A DNA stretch of 64,000 nt from NCBI GenBank assembly GCA_003971905.1, contig RSEE01000016.1, positions 434,001 through 498,000 of the forward strand, read 5' to 3'. Positions within the stretch are counted from its first letter, which is position 1, and the number at the start of each line of letters is the position of its first letter. The stretch comes from Moniliella sp. 'wahieum' (taxonomy: Eukaryota). A program made the position numbers and the translations under genes. Under the pieces are notes generated by a model. It did not search any database. It was not told the origin of the DNA and saw only the letters and a program-made list of their open reading frames with translations. Shown piece by piece: positions 51,015 to 62,975 of the stretch.

Positions 51015-52214
51015 AGATGTGGTTGCGGGGCTAGGTCTCTTCTTGATACGGGCGAAGATGGAGTGCTGCTGTTGAGTGAGGTAGGTGCGTACATATCGGC
51101 GGCGATCGTGGCAATGTCGTCAAGCCTGGTGAGTTGACAGCAAGTTGGAAAGCAATAATGAGCGTCATGGCCTCATAGCAAACGTAGTTGTCAATCAGAC
51201 GCTCTCGTGCAGGCGGCGTATCGCGCAGCCGCTCAGCTATGGAGCAACCAGAGCGACCCTCGCACCGCCTGACACTTTTTGCCCGAGACTAGCCAGATCC
51301 CCCCTGTGGGGACTGACGGCATCATTCTGCGCAAGCGCGATGGCCCTGTAAAGGCTTCGCCTGATCCTCCACGAAGCCTTGCAGTGCTGCGCCGAGCAGA
51401 GCTGGGCATGCCTCAGTTAGTAGTTGGAATTCGCCCTGCAAATCCGCGCGGCCTGGCGAACCAATCATATGGATGACCGAGATAGCCGGGTTGAGATCCT
51501 CTCGGGCCACCGGCACCTACTCTATCCGCACGTTACGCAACACAGCATTGAGCTATTCAAGAGTTCTGTGGGCGTGTGCCCGGCCGTCTTAGCCGCTCGC
51601 CACGCGGGCGCAAGGCGATGGGGTTGCGGTCCTTGGGAGCGTCCCAGGCGCACAGCCGGCTGCCGCCAGTCCATGTAACACATCACGTGACGCGTGACGG
51701 GGCATGGCGATGCAGGAATGCATGATGGGTGATGCATGGGCCTCCTACCTCGAAGCTTGGCGGCGCTTGAACGTTGCAAATCGGAGAAGCACATGCCACA
51801 TGCCACATGCCACAGGCCGCATGCCGCGTGTCCCAGAGCCGTCGGCGCATGCAACTTTCAAACGAGCGCACCCTCCGGGCTGCCGGGGTCCGTGCGCAGC
51901 GGGGCGCAGCACGGGGCCAGCGTCCCCGGGGCATCGCAAGGCCCGGCTGTAGCCGACAGCGCTGCTATATGCTAGCGCATCATGCATGACGCATGACGGT
52001 GACCGGTGAGTGTCCTGTCAGAGTGGCCGTGACGATGACTAGTGACTACTCGCAGCCAACGGAGAAAAGCTGATACGAAGACTGGACAGACCGGCACGGC
52101 GCCGCAGTCGCTGCACTCCAGCCAGCCCTCCCTACCACTCGGCGTCGCCAGCGGTGGCTTTTTTTCTTCTTCTTTTTCTGCCTTGCTCCTCTGCCCCACC
52201 ACCTCTCTTGCGCC

Positions 52215-54519
52215 ATGGCCCAATTCTCCCACCCCCTTATCCGTGACGGCTGGTTCCACGAGATCAACTCCCAGTGGCCTGGCGAGGCCATGGGCCTCCA
52301 GGTCGTCCGCATCCTCCACCACGAGCAGAGCAAGTTCCAGGATGTGCTCGTCTTCGAGAGCACCACCTTTGGCAACGTCCTCGTCCTTGACGGTGTCATC
52401 CAAGCCACCGAGCGCGACGAGTTTTCATACCAGGAGATGATCGCCCACCCCCCCTGGCCAGCCACCCCAACCCCGAGCGCGTGCTGGTCATTGGCGGTGG
52501 CGATGGCGGCGTGCTGCGCGAGGTGGTCAAGCATGACTCGGTCAAGGAGGCCGTCCTGTGCGACATTGACGAGGCTGTGCCCCGTGTCAGCAAGCTGTAC
52601 CTGCCCCACATGGCCCAGGGCCTGACGCACCCCAAGAGCACAGTGCACATTGGCGATGGCTTTGCCTTCCTCAAGCAGCCCGAGAACAAGGGGGCGTTTG
52701 ACGTGATCATCACGGATTCCTCCGACCCTGTGGGCCCAGCTCAGGCGCTGTTTGAAAAGCCGTACTTCCAACTGCTCAAGGAGGCGCTCAAGCCCGGCGG
52801 ACACATCTCTACCCAGGCCGAATCGCTCTGGTTGCACCTTCCCCTGATCCGCGAACTGCGTCAGAGCACCAAGGAAATCTTCTCGGTGGCCGACTATGCC
52901 TTTACCACCATCCCCACCTACCCCTCGGGCCAAATTGGCTTTGTCATCTGCTCCACCGAGCCGACGCGCAACGTGCGTGTGCCCGTGCGTGAGGTTCCGG
53001 GTTGCAAGTACAATGCCGATGTTCACAAGGCGGCCTTTGTCCTCCCCGAGTTTGCTCGCGCGGTCATTGAGGATGGGGCGGCGGCGCCGGGCCCTGTCGT
53101 GCCTCGGGCGATGGTTCGCGGCCCCGCGTCCCGTGACGCTAAGAAGATTCTTCTGTTGGGCTCGGGCTACGTTGCGCGTCCGTTCGCTGAGTACGTTCTG
53201 CGTTACCCCGAGTACAGCTTGACAGTCGCATCGTCGCGGTTGGCCAATGCCCAGCGCCTGGCTGAGGGTCTGGCGCGTACGACGGCCACTTCGGTTGATG
53301 TGAACAACCATGCTGCTCTGGCCGAGCTGGTCGGGCAGCACGACATTGTCATCTCGCTCATCCCCTACATTTACCACGCCAAGGTGATCGAGGCGGCGAT
53401 CGAGAAGAAGGTTGATGTGGGTTACCACTTCCTACGTCAGCCCTGCCATCCGCGAGCTGGCGCCCAAGATTAAGGCCGCAGGCATTACGGTGATGAACGA
53501 GATTGGTCTCGACCCTGGCATTGACCACCTCTACGCCGTCAAGGCCATTGCCGACATCCACGCTCAGGGAAAGAAGGTGAAAGAGTTCTATTCGTACTGC
53601 GGTGGCCTTCCTGCCCCCGAGGCGGCGGACAACCCGCTGGGATACAAGTTCTCGTGGTCCTCGCGTGGCGTCCTGCTTGCCCTTCGCAACACGGCCAAGT
53701 TCTGGCAGAAAGGAAGCAAGGAGCCGGTTACCATTCCTGGCCCCGAGCTGATGAAGTCGGCCAAGCCTTACTACATTAGCCCCGCCTTTGCCTTTGTCGC
53801 GTACCCCAACCGTGACAGCACGCAGTACCGCGAATGGTACAACATCCCCGAGGCGGAGACGGTGGTGCGTGGCACTATGCGCTACCAGGGCTTCCCGAGT
53901 TTGTCGAGGCACTGTCAAGCTCGGCTTCCTCGACGACTTTGCCAAGCCTTACCTCACCCTGCCCAACACCAAGTCCTGGGCTGACATTTTGGCGGCCGTG
54001 ACCGGCTCGCAGAGCACAGACCCGCTTCGCTCGCGGCCGCGGTGCGCAAGATCGTGGAGTTCAAGACGGAGGAGGAGGCGGACATGGTACTCCGTGGTCT
54101 GCGCTGGCTTGACCTCTTTAGCTCAGAGGTGACCGCCACGTTCGTGGCACGGCGGAGCAGGAAAAGGAGCACAGGGCAACCTTCTCGACTCGCTCTGCGC
54201 CACGCTTGAGCTCAAGTGCCAGTACGGTCCCGAGGAGCGCGACATGGTCATGCTCCAGCAAGTTCGTCACCGAGGACAAGGATGGTAACGAGGCGACCCT
54301 CACCTCTACCTTGCTTGACTTTGGCGTGCCCAACGGCTTCTCTTCGATGGCCAAGACGGTGGGTGTGCCGTGCGCGATCGCCACCAAGCTCATCCTGGAG
54401 GGCAACCCCGGGCTCAAGAAGCCTGGCGAGATTGTCGCCCCGTACTCCCTCGACGTTACGGAACCCATCCGTCTCGAACTCGAGAAGGAGGCATTGCTCT
54501 CGAGGAGCGCTGGATCTAA
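52215..54519 (+). CDS. SPE3-LYS9: Chimeric spermidine synthase-saccharopine dehydrogenase (reductase); intronless, frameshifted
   Basis: [74 protein letters not shown], followed in one frame by [14 protein letters not shown], then [59 protein letters not shown]. Confidence 0.96.
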
Positions 54520-56290
54520 GTGGATGACTAAAGGCGAGACTCGTCCCATCTTCCCCCCTCGGAACGCTAGTTTGTGTGTTGTGGAGCGATGCCGTTGGCT
54601 CTAGTATGAATGGATGACATAGGCATCAGCATGGTTCTATCTGTAGCATCCAACCGTGCGCCACACTGCTAAAGCAAAGATGCTATCAGTAAAGCCAGTA
54701 TTGCGTTGGTCTTCGATCGAGCTTCAACCAACGTCCATTCGCGCAGGCCGTCCGTCGGTGCGAACTGCTACTGCTAGCAATAGTGTAATCCTGGCGACCG
54801 GCCGAACCTGATCGATGTCAGGGATCACTCGATCACATGATAATCGTCGATCGCATTATCATGTGCCACTGCTCATGCGCTCATAACTGACTGAAAGCTG
54901 CCCAAGTCAGATGTGCATGTCAATCACGAGATAGATGATGATACGATGCACGATGCATATCTGATCTTCTGATCACTGAGGATCTCTCGATCCTTGAAGT
55001 CAGCTTGAAGGTTGAAGACGTTGAAGCTTGATGCCTACACGTGACGTCGCATTAAGCATTGGGATGCAACACGGTTCGCACGAAGTAGAATCATCAGGCT
55101 GCGGCCCAGGAGGGGATGTGGATCTCTCCGCAGAGAGATCCTGACTTGCGAGGTCAGCGCCAGCTCCATCAGCGCCAACGCCAACTGACTGCGCGCGCTC
55201 AGGCGCTCAGGCCTGAGCCTCAGGCCTCAGGCTCAGCGCTCAGACTGAGCGGCTTAGCATCCTTGGCCTCATTCGGGCAGACAGCTTGAGTAGTCTGAAA
55301 AGGAGCTTGGCACCGCCGTCTCAGATCTCACGATCTCACACCACTGCCCCCCTGTCCCTCGCAACATTCCCCGCGCCGCACGGTGGGGCGAAGATCGGGC
55401 GACATCTGATGCGCTCAACAACTGGTGGCGCGTGGCGCGCCAGAAAAATATAAAAATTGCAAAACGGCGACGGCGTCCCCTGGCCTGGTCCAGGTAGACA
55501 CACAAGTGGACGGTCGTACGATTGCTGCCCTGGCCCCCACCACCCATTGCCGACAGTCAACAAACGTGTCTCTTGCCTCCTGCCCCCGTCTCGCCACTTC
55601 ACTGTGCTGGTCACGCGCTCTTTTACCCACCGGTCAGGCTGAGCCGTACACTGCATGTGCAGCGTGAGTACTGAGTGTGGCTCATGAACCCATCCTGTCC
55701 ACAGACGCACGCAGAGTCTGCCTCCGTTTTCCTTTTGCCCCTTCGTTATTGACAGGAGCGCGGTGGATACGAGGGGACCAATCTGACCATCGGTAACTAG
55801 CAACCAATCCCCACAACTGTTGCATGCTTGAATACCTGCTAGCCAGACTGTCCCCTATATTGCACCGCCATTCTTCCTGCCCCCACCACATTCGGTTGTT
55901 CGCCCGGCGGCAGGGAAAACAAAAGGTGTGTCGTGATCCTGAGAGCCTCTGGCAAACTGCGAGGACAGCGGACCGCGCATGCGCCCAACGGAGAACATCG
56001 CCGGCGCCTCAAGCCCCTCGCTCCTTGAGCTCAAATCATTTTCTTTATGGCGTTACTTAAAGACTGAGGCTCTTAATAGCGTCAAAGGGGCCTCACCGGC
56101 ACCGTCCTCATGGCCCATATGAGGTTATCATGTCATTTTCCTCAACTCCATCACTAACGTTTGTTTGAACTAGGTGCGATCCTACTTAACGTTTCACCTT
56201 CATCTTCCACCCTCCAAGCTTGCACCACGGCACCCATTGTTGTCCTCCTCCTTATTTTCCCCTGCTCATCCCGGACGACGATTGCTCAGT

Positions 56291-57089
56291 ATGGAAAATG
56301 ACATCGCATCCCTTGAACAAGAGTCCCATCGACCCCATCCCGTCGGCAGTGGCGAAAGGAGCAAATTGATGCTGGTCTAATCGACCCTTTGACAGGCGAT
56401 TTTGTTCCCCGCCCACCCAGGCGCTCCTTTGCTTCTTCAAATCCTTACTGGGCCTATGTGCGGCCGCCATTTTCCTCGTCTTAGTTACAGGAGAGGCCGT
56501 GAAGGGCGATCCGCTTGGGGTTGTCGCCCAACCCGACACAGCTGGCGTTCTGTACGTCACCCTCGTTGCCTAAACTCAATGCTAGTGTAGCTTCTGTTCT
56601 GACCCTTCCTGTTCAAATATGAAAGGAACGACCACGAGGCATGACCATGTCAGAGCTTTCGCACTTTGATGGCCGTTCCCCCGATCAGCTAATCTATTTG
56701 GCCATTAAGGGGGACGTGTACGATGTAAGCCACAAACGTTACCTGTACGGACCTGGAGGAGGATACGCCTTCTTTGCCGGCCGTGACGCCAGTCGTGCCT
56801 TTGTCACGGGCTGTTTCCAGGACCACTTGACCCATGACATCCGCGGTCTTACTGCCGCCCGAATTGGAGGTGCGTTCACAGTTTCCACTCCCTTCCCCTC
56901 CCCTCTCCGAGATGTATATGCCCCGAGCAGTGTGCTAATGACCCACGGAGGACAGACTCTGGACCGCTGGCACACATTTTTTGAAAAGAACGATAACTAT
57001 CGACGGTCGGCTACTTGATTGACCTCCCACCCATTGACCCTGCGTCTCCTGTGCCGACGGGGTTCTGCATGCACCAGCCCTCTCGTTGA
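56291..57089 (+). CDS. Cytochrome b5-like heme/steroid-binding (MAPR family) membrane protein; intron-containing
   Basis: N-terminal hydrophobic segment; ELSHFDGRSPDQLIYLAIKGDVYDVS..YGPGGGYAFFAGRDASRAFVTGCF..LTHDIRGL; intron 56870-56955; WHTFFE..Y; C-terminal LPPIDPASPVP. Confidence 0.88.
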
Positions 57090-57812
57090 ATCGCCTTGTC
57101 TATACTTTCGCACACTCTTTGTCCGTTATTCTTGGGTTTCCTGCACTTCATATTGTCACCTTGACTTTCCCTGTTGTATGGCGTGTGAGATCGTCAGCAG
57201 TTCGTGCCATGTACTAATAGTCTGTCTCTATTAGGCTTTTTGATGCCCTACGAGAGATCTGAGAAGGATAGATGCCGCGTCCCCGGCTTCATGCCTGTGC
57301 CCCCATCTTCCCATTTTGCTTTTGCCCCTCTCTCTTACAGGCTTCCTCTGTCGTCTGCGTATCCTCATTTCTGGCCACCACAGCGATTGGGGTGGTAGCA
57401 TGCCCCCTACCTGATGATAAATGATGGCATGCTCACTCCAACACTGGGTCTGTCATACTTGTAGCTCAATGGCTAGCGCTGATCTCGCTTCCGTTTCCCG
57501 TTTCTTTGCCTCGAACGTCTGGCTCTTTCCCTGTTCTCGCTTCTTCTTCTCCGCGAACGATTGCTACACTCCCCGACCGTGTCTCGACTCTGGTCTCCCT
57601 CGCCAGGCCCCGACTGTGACAATGTCGATCAAGTTTTTGCGGGAAAAAAGGAAAAAAAAGGCCGAGGGGTTTGAAACAATGAAACAATAGCATTGCCTTT
57701 GAGGATCTGAGACGATATCGAAAAGCTTCAGCCTCCACTGCTTGCATCTTCGTCGTCGGGTGCGCAGCCACCCGACATCCTAGATCACTGCGACCATCTG
57801 CATTTTTCTCAC

Positions 57813-59218
57813 ATGGTGTCTGGGGATCCGCCCAAGATGCCTCTTCCGCGCCTCGGGACGCTTGGCATGTTCATTCTGGACAATTCCATTACCTGCAGCC
57901 CGACGGCTCCCCCGAATCCCCATCCGACCGCGGCTTCCCCCCCAAGTGGCGGCGGGGGCACGTACGTGTGTGTAGGTGCGTCAGACCTCCTCTCGTCCTT
58001 GGTGCCCGGCTGACCTTCCCGTTGCCTTCTCTTAACTCGAACCAGCGGCGAGCATGTGGTACGTTTTTTCTGTCTCCATCTGGCTCCCATGCTTCCCCTC
58101 GCCGCGTGCCGGGATTGCTAACGCGAAATTCTGAGCAGGCTGGCCCCCAACCGAGTGTGCATGGTGGTCGATCGGGGAACTGACTGGGACAGCGACTGGC
58201 AACGGCAACTGGACCAGTACGTTGATACGTCCTCCTTGCAAGAAGGAGAGGTGGGCATCTGGCACTTCCGCCCCCGGGAGGGTAAGACGACTCGCTCTCA
58301 ACGTCTTCCGCGGAGATACGCGGGAGTATGAGTATCCGGCTGGCCGGGTGCGCATCTACCCCCCGGACCTGTTGATGAAGGATGTTCATACGGACAAGAT
58401 TGGTATACCTGAAGTTCTGCATCTCGTATGCTCCCCCGAGCGAGCGAAATCGATTGCGGAAGTTACAAGTGTTTATGCCTCGGAAGGACGGGGCGCCTTT
58501 CGCAATGCTGACCAGGACCCAGCACCCATGCTGATCTGGGAGCCCATGCCAATGGATGCGGCCAAAGAACTTGGACGCATGCTTGGCACTCTTTGAGAAG
58601 GTGCACTTATTCAGTCCGAATCATGAGGAGGCCGCTTGCCTCCTCTCGGTTACCCTGCCCCCCGAAGAAGACGAGGAAGGTATGGTGTCTGCTGTCGAGC
58701 AGATGGTCTCCAAGTTGCTCGCTTTGGCCGGGGAAATGGGACTGCCGCGAACCCCAGTGATTGGCCTGAGGTCGGGCAAGTTGGGCACCTATCTTGAGCC
58801 AGCCCATCTCTCCCCACGTACAGAAGCCGGACAGGTTTCTGGGTCGCAGCCTACCACGACCGTTCTATGGCGCACCGTGTGGTCGATGTCACGGGCGGAG
58901 GAAATGGGTGGCTTGGTGGGTACGCATCCGCCATGGCTGATGCGGTTGCAACTCAGCCCAAGATCAAGGTCATGATGGACAAGGACACTTTGTTACGAGC
59001 TGGTGTGCGTGGCAGTGTTTCGGCCTGTAAGTTTCTTCTCCGCACGTACTTGCACTAGATCCTGACCGGTCCATCCAGCCTACATGATTGAGCAGTTCTC
59101 TTCTTCCGCCGGCTTCCAACTTCCTTCCTGGTGCAACAGCTGTGGCAGCGAGGAAGGGGTTGATGAAGGAGCCCAAGCCCGCTTCGATCGGCTCTACAAA
59201 CGGGTCACTGCAGGATAA
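57813..59218 (+). CDS. PfkB/ribokinase-family kinase, MAK32-like; introns and frameshifts
   Basis: LGTLGMFILD, GGGGTY, LHLVCSPERA, LIWEPMP, HLFSPNHEEA, IGLRSGKLG, VVDVTGGGNGWLGG, GSVSA..MIEQ. Confidence 0.82.
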
Positions 59219-59282
59219 TAGTGTATCAATGGGCCGGCTCAACCATCCACATGCTGGTGCAACAGAGGTACCAGTAAGAATA

Positions 59283-62200
59283 TTATTTATCGAGAAAACA
59301 GTAATTGGGCGAAAGAGAAAGCGAAAAAAGAGAGAGAGTAATGACCTTAATGACCTTAATGACGCTGGTGGGAGCTGGCCCAGTGCCGCTGGCCCCAACA
59401 AATCCGCTCTGGATGCCCATCCGACGATTGTACCGTTCAATCTCCCATTGCTTGAGACCGTCGTCGCCGGCCCAGTTGGCCGACGAAGACCGTGGACGCC
59501 GACGAACATTGTTGCTCTTTGGGAACATCTCCTCGATCGGTACGTTGCCCACCGGTGCCCCAAACAGTGCATCCGTATCAATGTCCATCTGCGCCTCGAG
59601 CGTGTCCTGCAGCGTCTGACCCTTGCACCAATCGGGCGCAAGCTTGCGCCGACGAATCGTCTCCTCGTCATCCGACATGGAGTACTCGGATCGTACCTCG
59701 GGCAACTCGATGTCCTCGTCGCGCGTGCTGTCGGGGCTTCCCGCCTCTCCAGGATGGAACCCGCCTGGACTTGTTGGGAGACATTGGAAGGTGCACAACA
59801 GGAGGTTTGCGACAGGTCTTTGCTGGAACGGGTTGTGCTGGGAAAAGTTGGCCGAAGCCGCGGCAGAAGGAGCGACAGGAGGAGGCACGGAACTATAGAG
59901 GCCGATGGGGTAATGCGAGCGGTTTGTGGCTTGATCAGCAGAGACGGTTTCTTGGTCAAATGTCCAGCTGGGCCACTTGAACCCACCCCTGTATTGGCAA
60001 TGCGACCGTTGCCCTGTGGACGGAAGGCTGCCCCGGCACTCTTTGGGTTGGGGGGAAGCGGCTTGGCCATGACCATCGTCTTGGGAGGGGGCCGAGGGGC
60101 GGGTGCTGCCTTGGCTGGGACCGGCTTTGACAGCGCCGGCTTGGTAGGCGCCGGCTTGGTGGCCGATGCGAGCGTAGGCTTGGCTGGTGGCGCAGGTCCC
60201 TTGGTCGCAGGCGGCCGGGCAGCCGCTTTGGCCCGAGTCGTGGCTGGGGTGGGGTGAGCCGGCTTCTTGCCAACTGCAGACGAGGGAGCACGGAGGCCTG
60301 TGGTGGAAGGTGCTCGCTCGGTGGGCTTGGGAGTCTGAGCGGCCTTACGTCGCTCCTCCCGCTCAAGCTGTTTCCGTTCCTCTTCAGCTTCGGTGGCTTT
60401 GCGCGCCGCTTCTGCACGAACGACACTGGCCAAACGGGTGGAATGAGCCGGGGTGCTGTGGGCACCAGGTCGGGAAAGAGCCTCTTGGCTTTGCATTTTA
60501 GGCGAGTGGGCCTGGACAGCAGCTTGGCCGTGGCCCGCAAATGAGAAGAGGCCCTTGAGTTTGGACCCAATGCTCCAGGTGGGAGAACCCTGGGGTGTGC
60601 CCTGTTGCGATTCTGCGCGCGTAGGCGTGGCAGGACGAAGCTTGGGCGAGCCAGTGGCCAAGGGGAGACGGCTGAAGGGAATGCGCTTGGGGGACGTTTG
60701 CGGTGTAGTGGACGCTGTCTGAGTGGGGCAGCTTTGCTGCGCAGGTTCCTGTTGGAAGGAGTCGGAAGCAAGGTCGACATCTTGGACCTCGGTGTCCCTG
60801 CTCCGGCGGGCTTGTGCGAATGGGACATGAAGGACCGATCGAAGATGTTTGGCTGCCGACGCTAGCCTTCTTGGGTGTCGACTTTGCCACGGGAATGGGT
60901 GCTTGGGGAGCAGCGGCCAAAACTGGGGAGGCAGGCACGGCTCGGGGCACGGGATGAACCGTGACGGACTCACTCAGCATGATGGGCGATGGAGGTGGTA
61001 GGTTGGACTCGTCCGACAGACGCAGGAGAGGCTGTGGCGATACGTTGAACAGGAGATTGAGGAGCAGGAGAGCGGGGAGAATGAGGTGAGGGTGCCCGTT
61101 CAAACTCGGCGGGATGGGCAATGGCATGACCAACCCGGGCTCCAGTGGCGCCGAGGCGGGATCGCAAAGCAGCCACGGCGCTGGTAGGATGCTGAGCTGC
61201 CAGTCCAAGACCAACCGTGGCCTGTGCAACGTGGCTTTGACTTTGGTCCACAACCACCTTCTTTGTTGGACGACTTGTTTGAGCGGAATCCGTGAGGGTA
61301 TCCTCCTCCGTATCCATCTCGTCGCTCTTGCGCTTCTTGCCCCCAGGATGAGAAGGTGAAGTAGCCGGCTCTTGTTAGCTTCCTCAGGCTCGTCATTCGA
61401 GGCGGCTGAGAGCAAGAGCTGGTAAAACGACTTGGACGGGTTGCGTAGCATCGTGTTGTCCTGGGTTGCAGCCTCAGGTTCAGGAGCAGAACCCTTACTG
61501 GAGGCAAACAAGCTCCGTTTGGGTGGGGTACATCCTCCGTCTCGACATCAGATGAGAGGACAAATTAGACAGATCGCTGGACTCGTCACTCGCGTCCGTT
61601 GCATCCTGATTGGGCCGGCCTTATCCGTCCCAACATCCCGCGACTTGGCGGATCCTTCCTCCTCCTCCTCCAATTCATCGCGCTCCTCCGACATACGAGG
61701 GCGCTGAACCTCTCCCGACTCGGAGCCTGCTGTAACAAAGCTCTTGTGGGCCGATGAACTGGATCCAGCGCGGGTCGTACGTGCATCTTGCGTAAGTGTC
61801 CTGGACGTGCGCGGCGGAGCAAGAATCTCAACTGAGTTGTCCTCCATCGACTGGTCCACGTCAGCTGCGGGCGACATGGGAATGGTTTTGGTAGGTGCAG
61901 CAAATGCGCCCTTAGTATCGGCCACAGGCGGTACAGACGGGGCTCAGGCGCATGTTGCTCCAAAAGTGCGCCCTGCTCCTGAGGGTTGGGGTCGGTATGC
62001 AACGGCTCCTCCGGATATGCTGATCCTCATCACACAGCTCCTTGATGGGAGCGGGTGAAGTCTGAGGAGATGGGGTGGGGGTAGAGGACATTAACTTCGC
62101 GTTCTCCACAGGGGGAGAGGCAACTTGGGGCATTTCCTCAGTCACTGACATATCCTCCTCAGGCTTGGATTGGGCTTCGGCTTCGGGCGCAGACCTATTC

Positions 62201-62975
62201 TCGTGCTCAGGCTCCTGTCGAGACTCAGGCTCAGGCTCAAGCTCAGGTTCAAGCTCCTTCCGTGGTTGGGCTCCAGATCTGGCTCCTGCACTGTTGAGAC
62301 TCGGACATTTGGTGTTGAGGCTCCGATTGCGGTTGCGGTTGCGAGGCAGTCCCGCCTTTTTCGCCGCCCTCGAAGCTGAGCGAGTAATTTTCCTGGTCGG
62401 CATCTTTTTCACCCACCCGGGCTGGCTTGGTCTTAGCCTTGGAGGCAGGCACAGGTTTCTTGGATTCCGACGCAATGACGGGTTGCTCGACGAGGCTGTT
62501 CAAGCTGCGGGTTTGCAAGGCAGAGTTGCCTCCCATGGCTCTGAGGGGTGAGAGGGAAGCAGGGCCCGGGGTGGGGGTAGGAGAGATAATTCCGTTTTCC
62601 TTGTTGCTCAAGCGAGGGGCTGCGAAGAGGGCTGGCTCAAAAGAATCGAGGGCCGGCTTGGCGCACCTTGCGCTGCGGAGACTTGACAAGATCAACGAGC
62701 CGGCGGCTGCGCTCGTCCTCACGCCCACGCACCTGCTGACTGGAGACGTCAAGTAGAATTTGGGAGTCAGCTGTTTGCTCCCACGACCAATAGAGGTGGG
62801 GGGAGAGAGACGTACACATAGTGCTGCCGGAGAGTGGCGCCGTCGGAGATCATCTGGAGTGCCCAGTCCATGTCGAGGTGAACCTCAAGCACATCGAGGG
62901 AGCAGAGGGCATCCAAGCTGGAGAGGAGGCTGCCCAGCGTGGTGGGCGCCCGAGGACGCGTGTGGTAGTGGCCAT
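59283..62975 (-). CDS. Inner centromere protein INCENP (Sli15/Pic1-like); frameshifted, start and stop approximate
   Basis: C-terminal IN-box DIELPEVRSEYSMSDDEE..APDWCKGQTLQDTLEAQMDIDTDALFG..IEEMF..RPRSSSANWAGDDGL..EIERYNRRMG; coiled coil AEAARKATEAEEERKQLEREERRK; long low-complexity region. Confidence 0.88.

Noticed and set aside
57455..57640. tRNA-like A-box TAGCTCAATGG, and a C/D-box-like pair (TGATGA about 57412, CTGA about 57479)
   Set aside because: No B-box or cloverleaf; no terminal stem or recognisable rRNA guide
58970..60257. Apparent long overlap of opposite-strand ORFs at the PfkB/INCENP junction
   Set aside because: Artefact of frameshifts and GC-rich antisense frames; the real INCENP IN-box lies in the 59283-59888 frame
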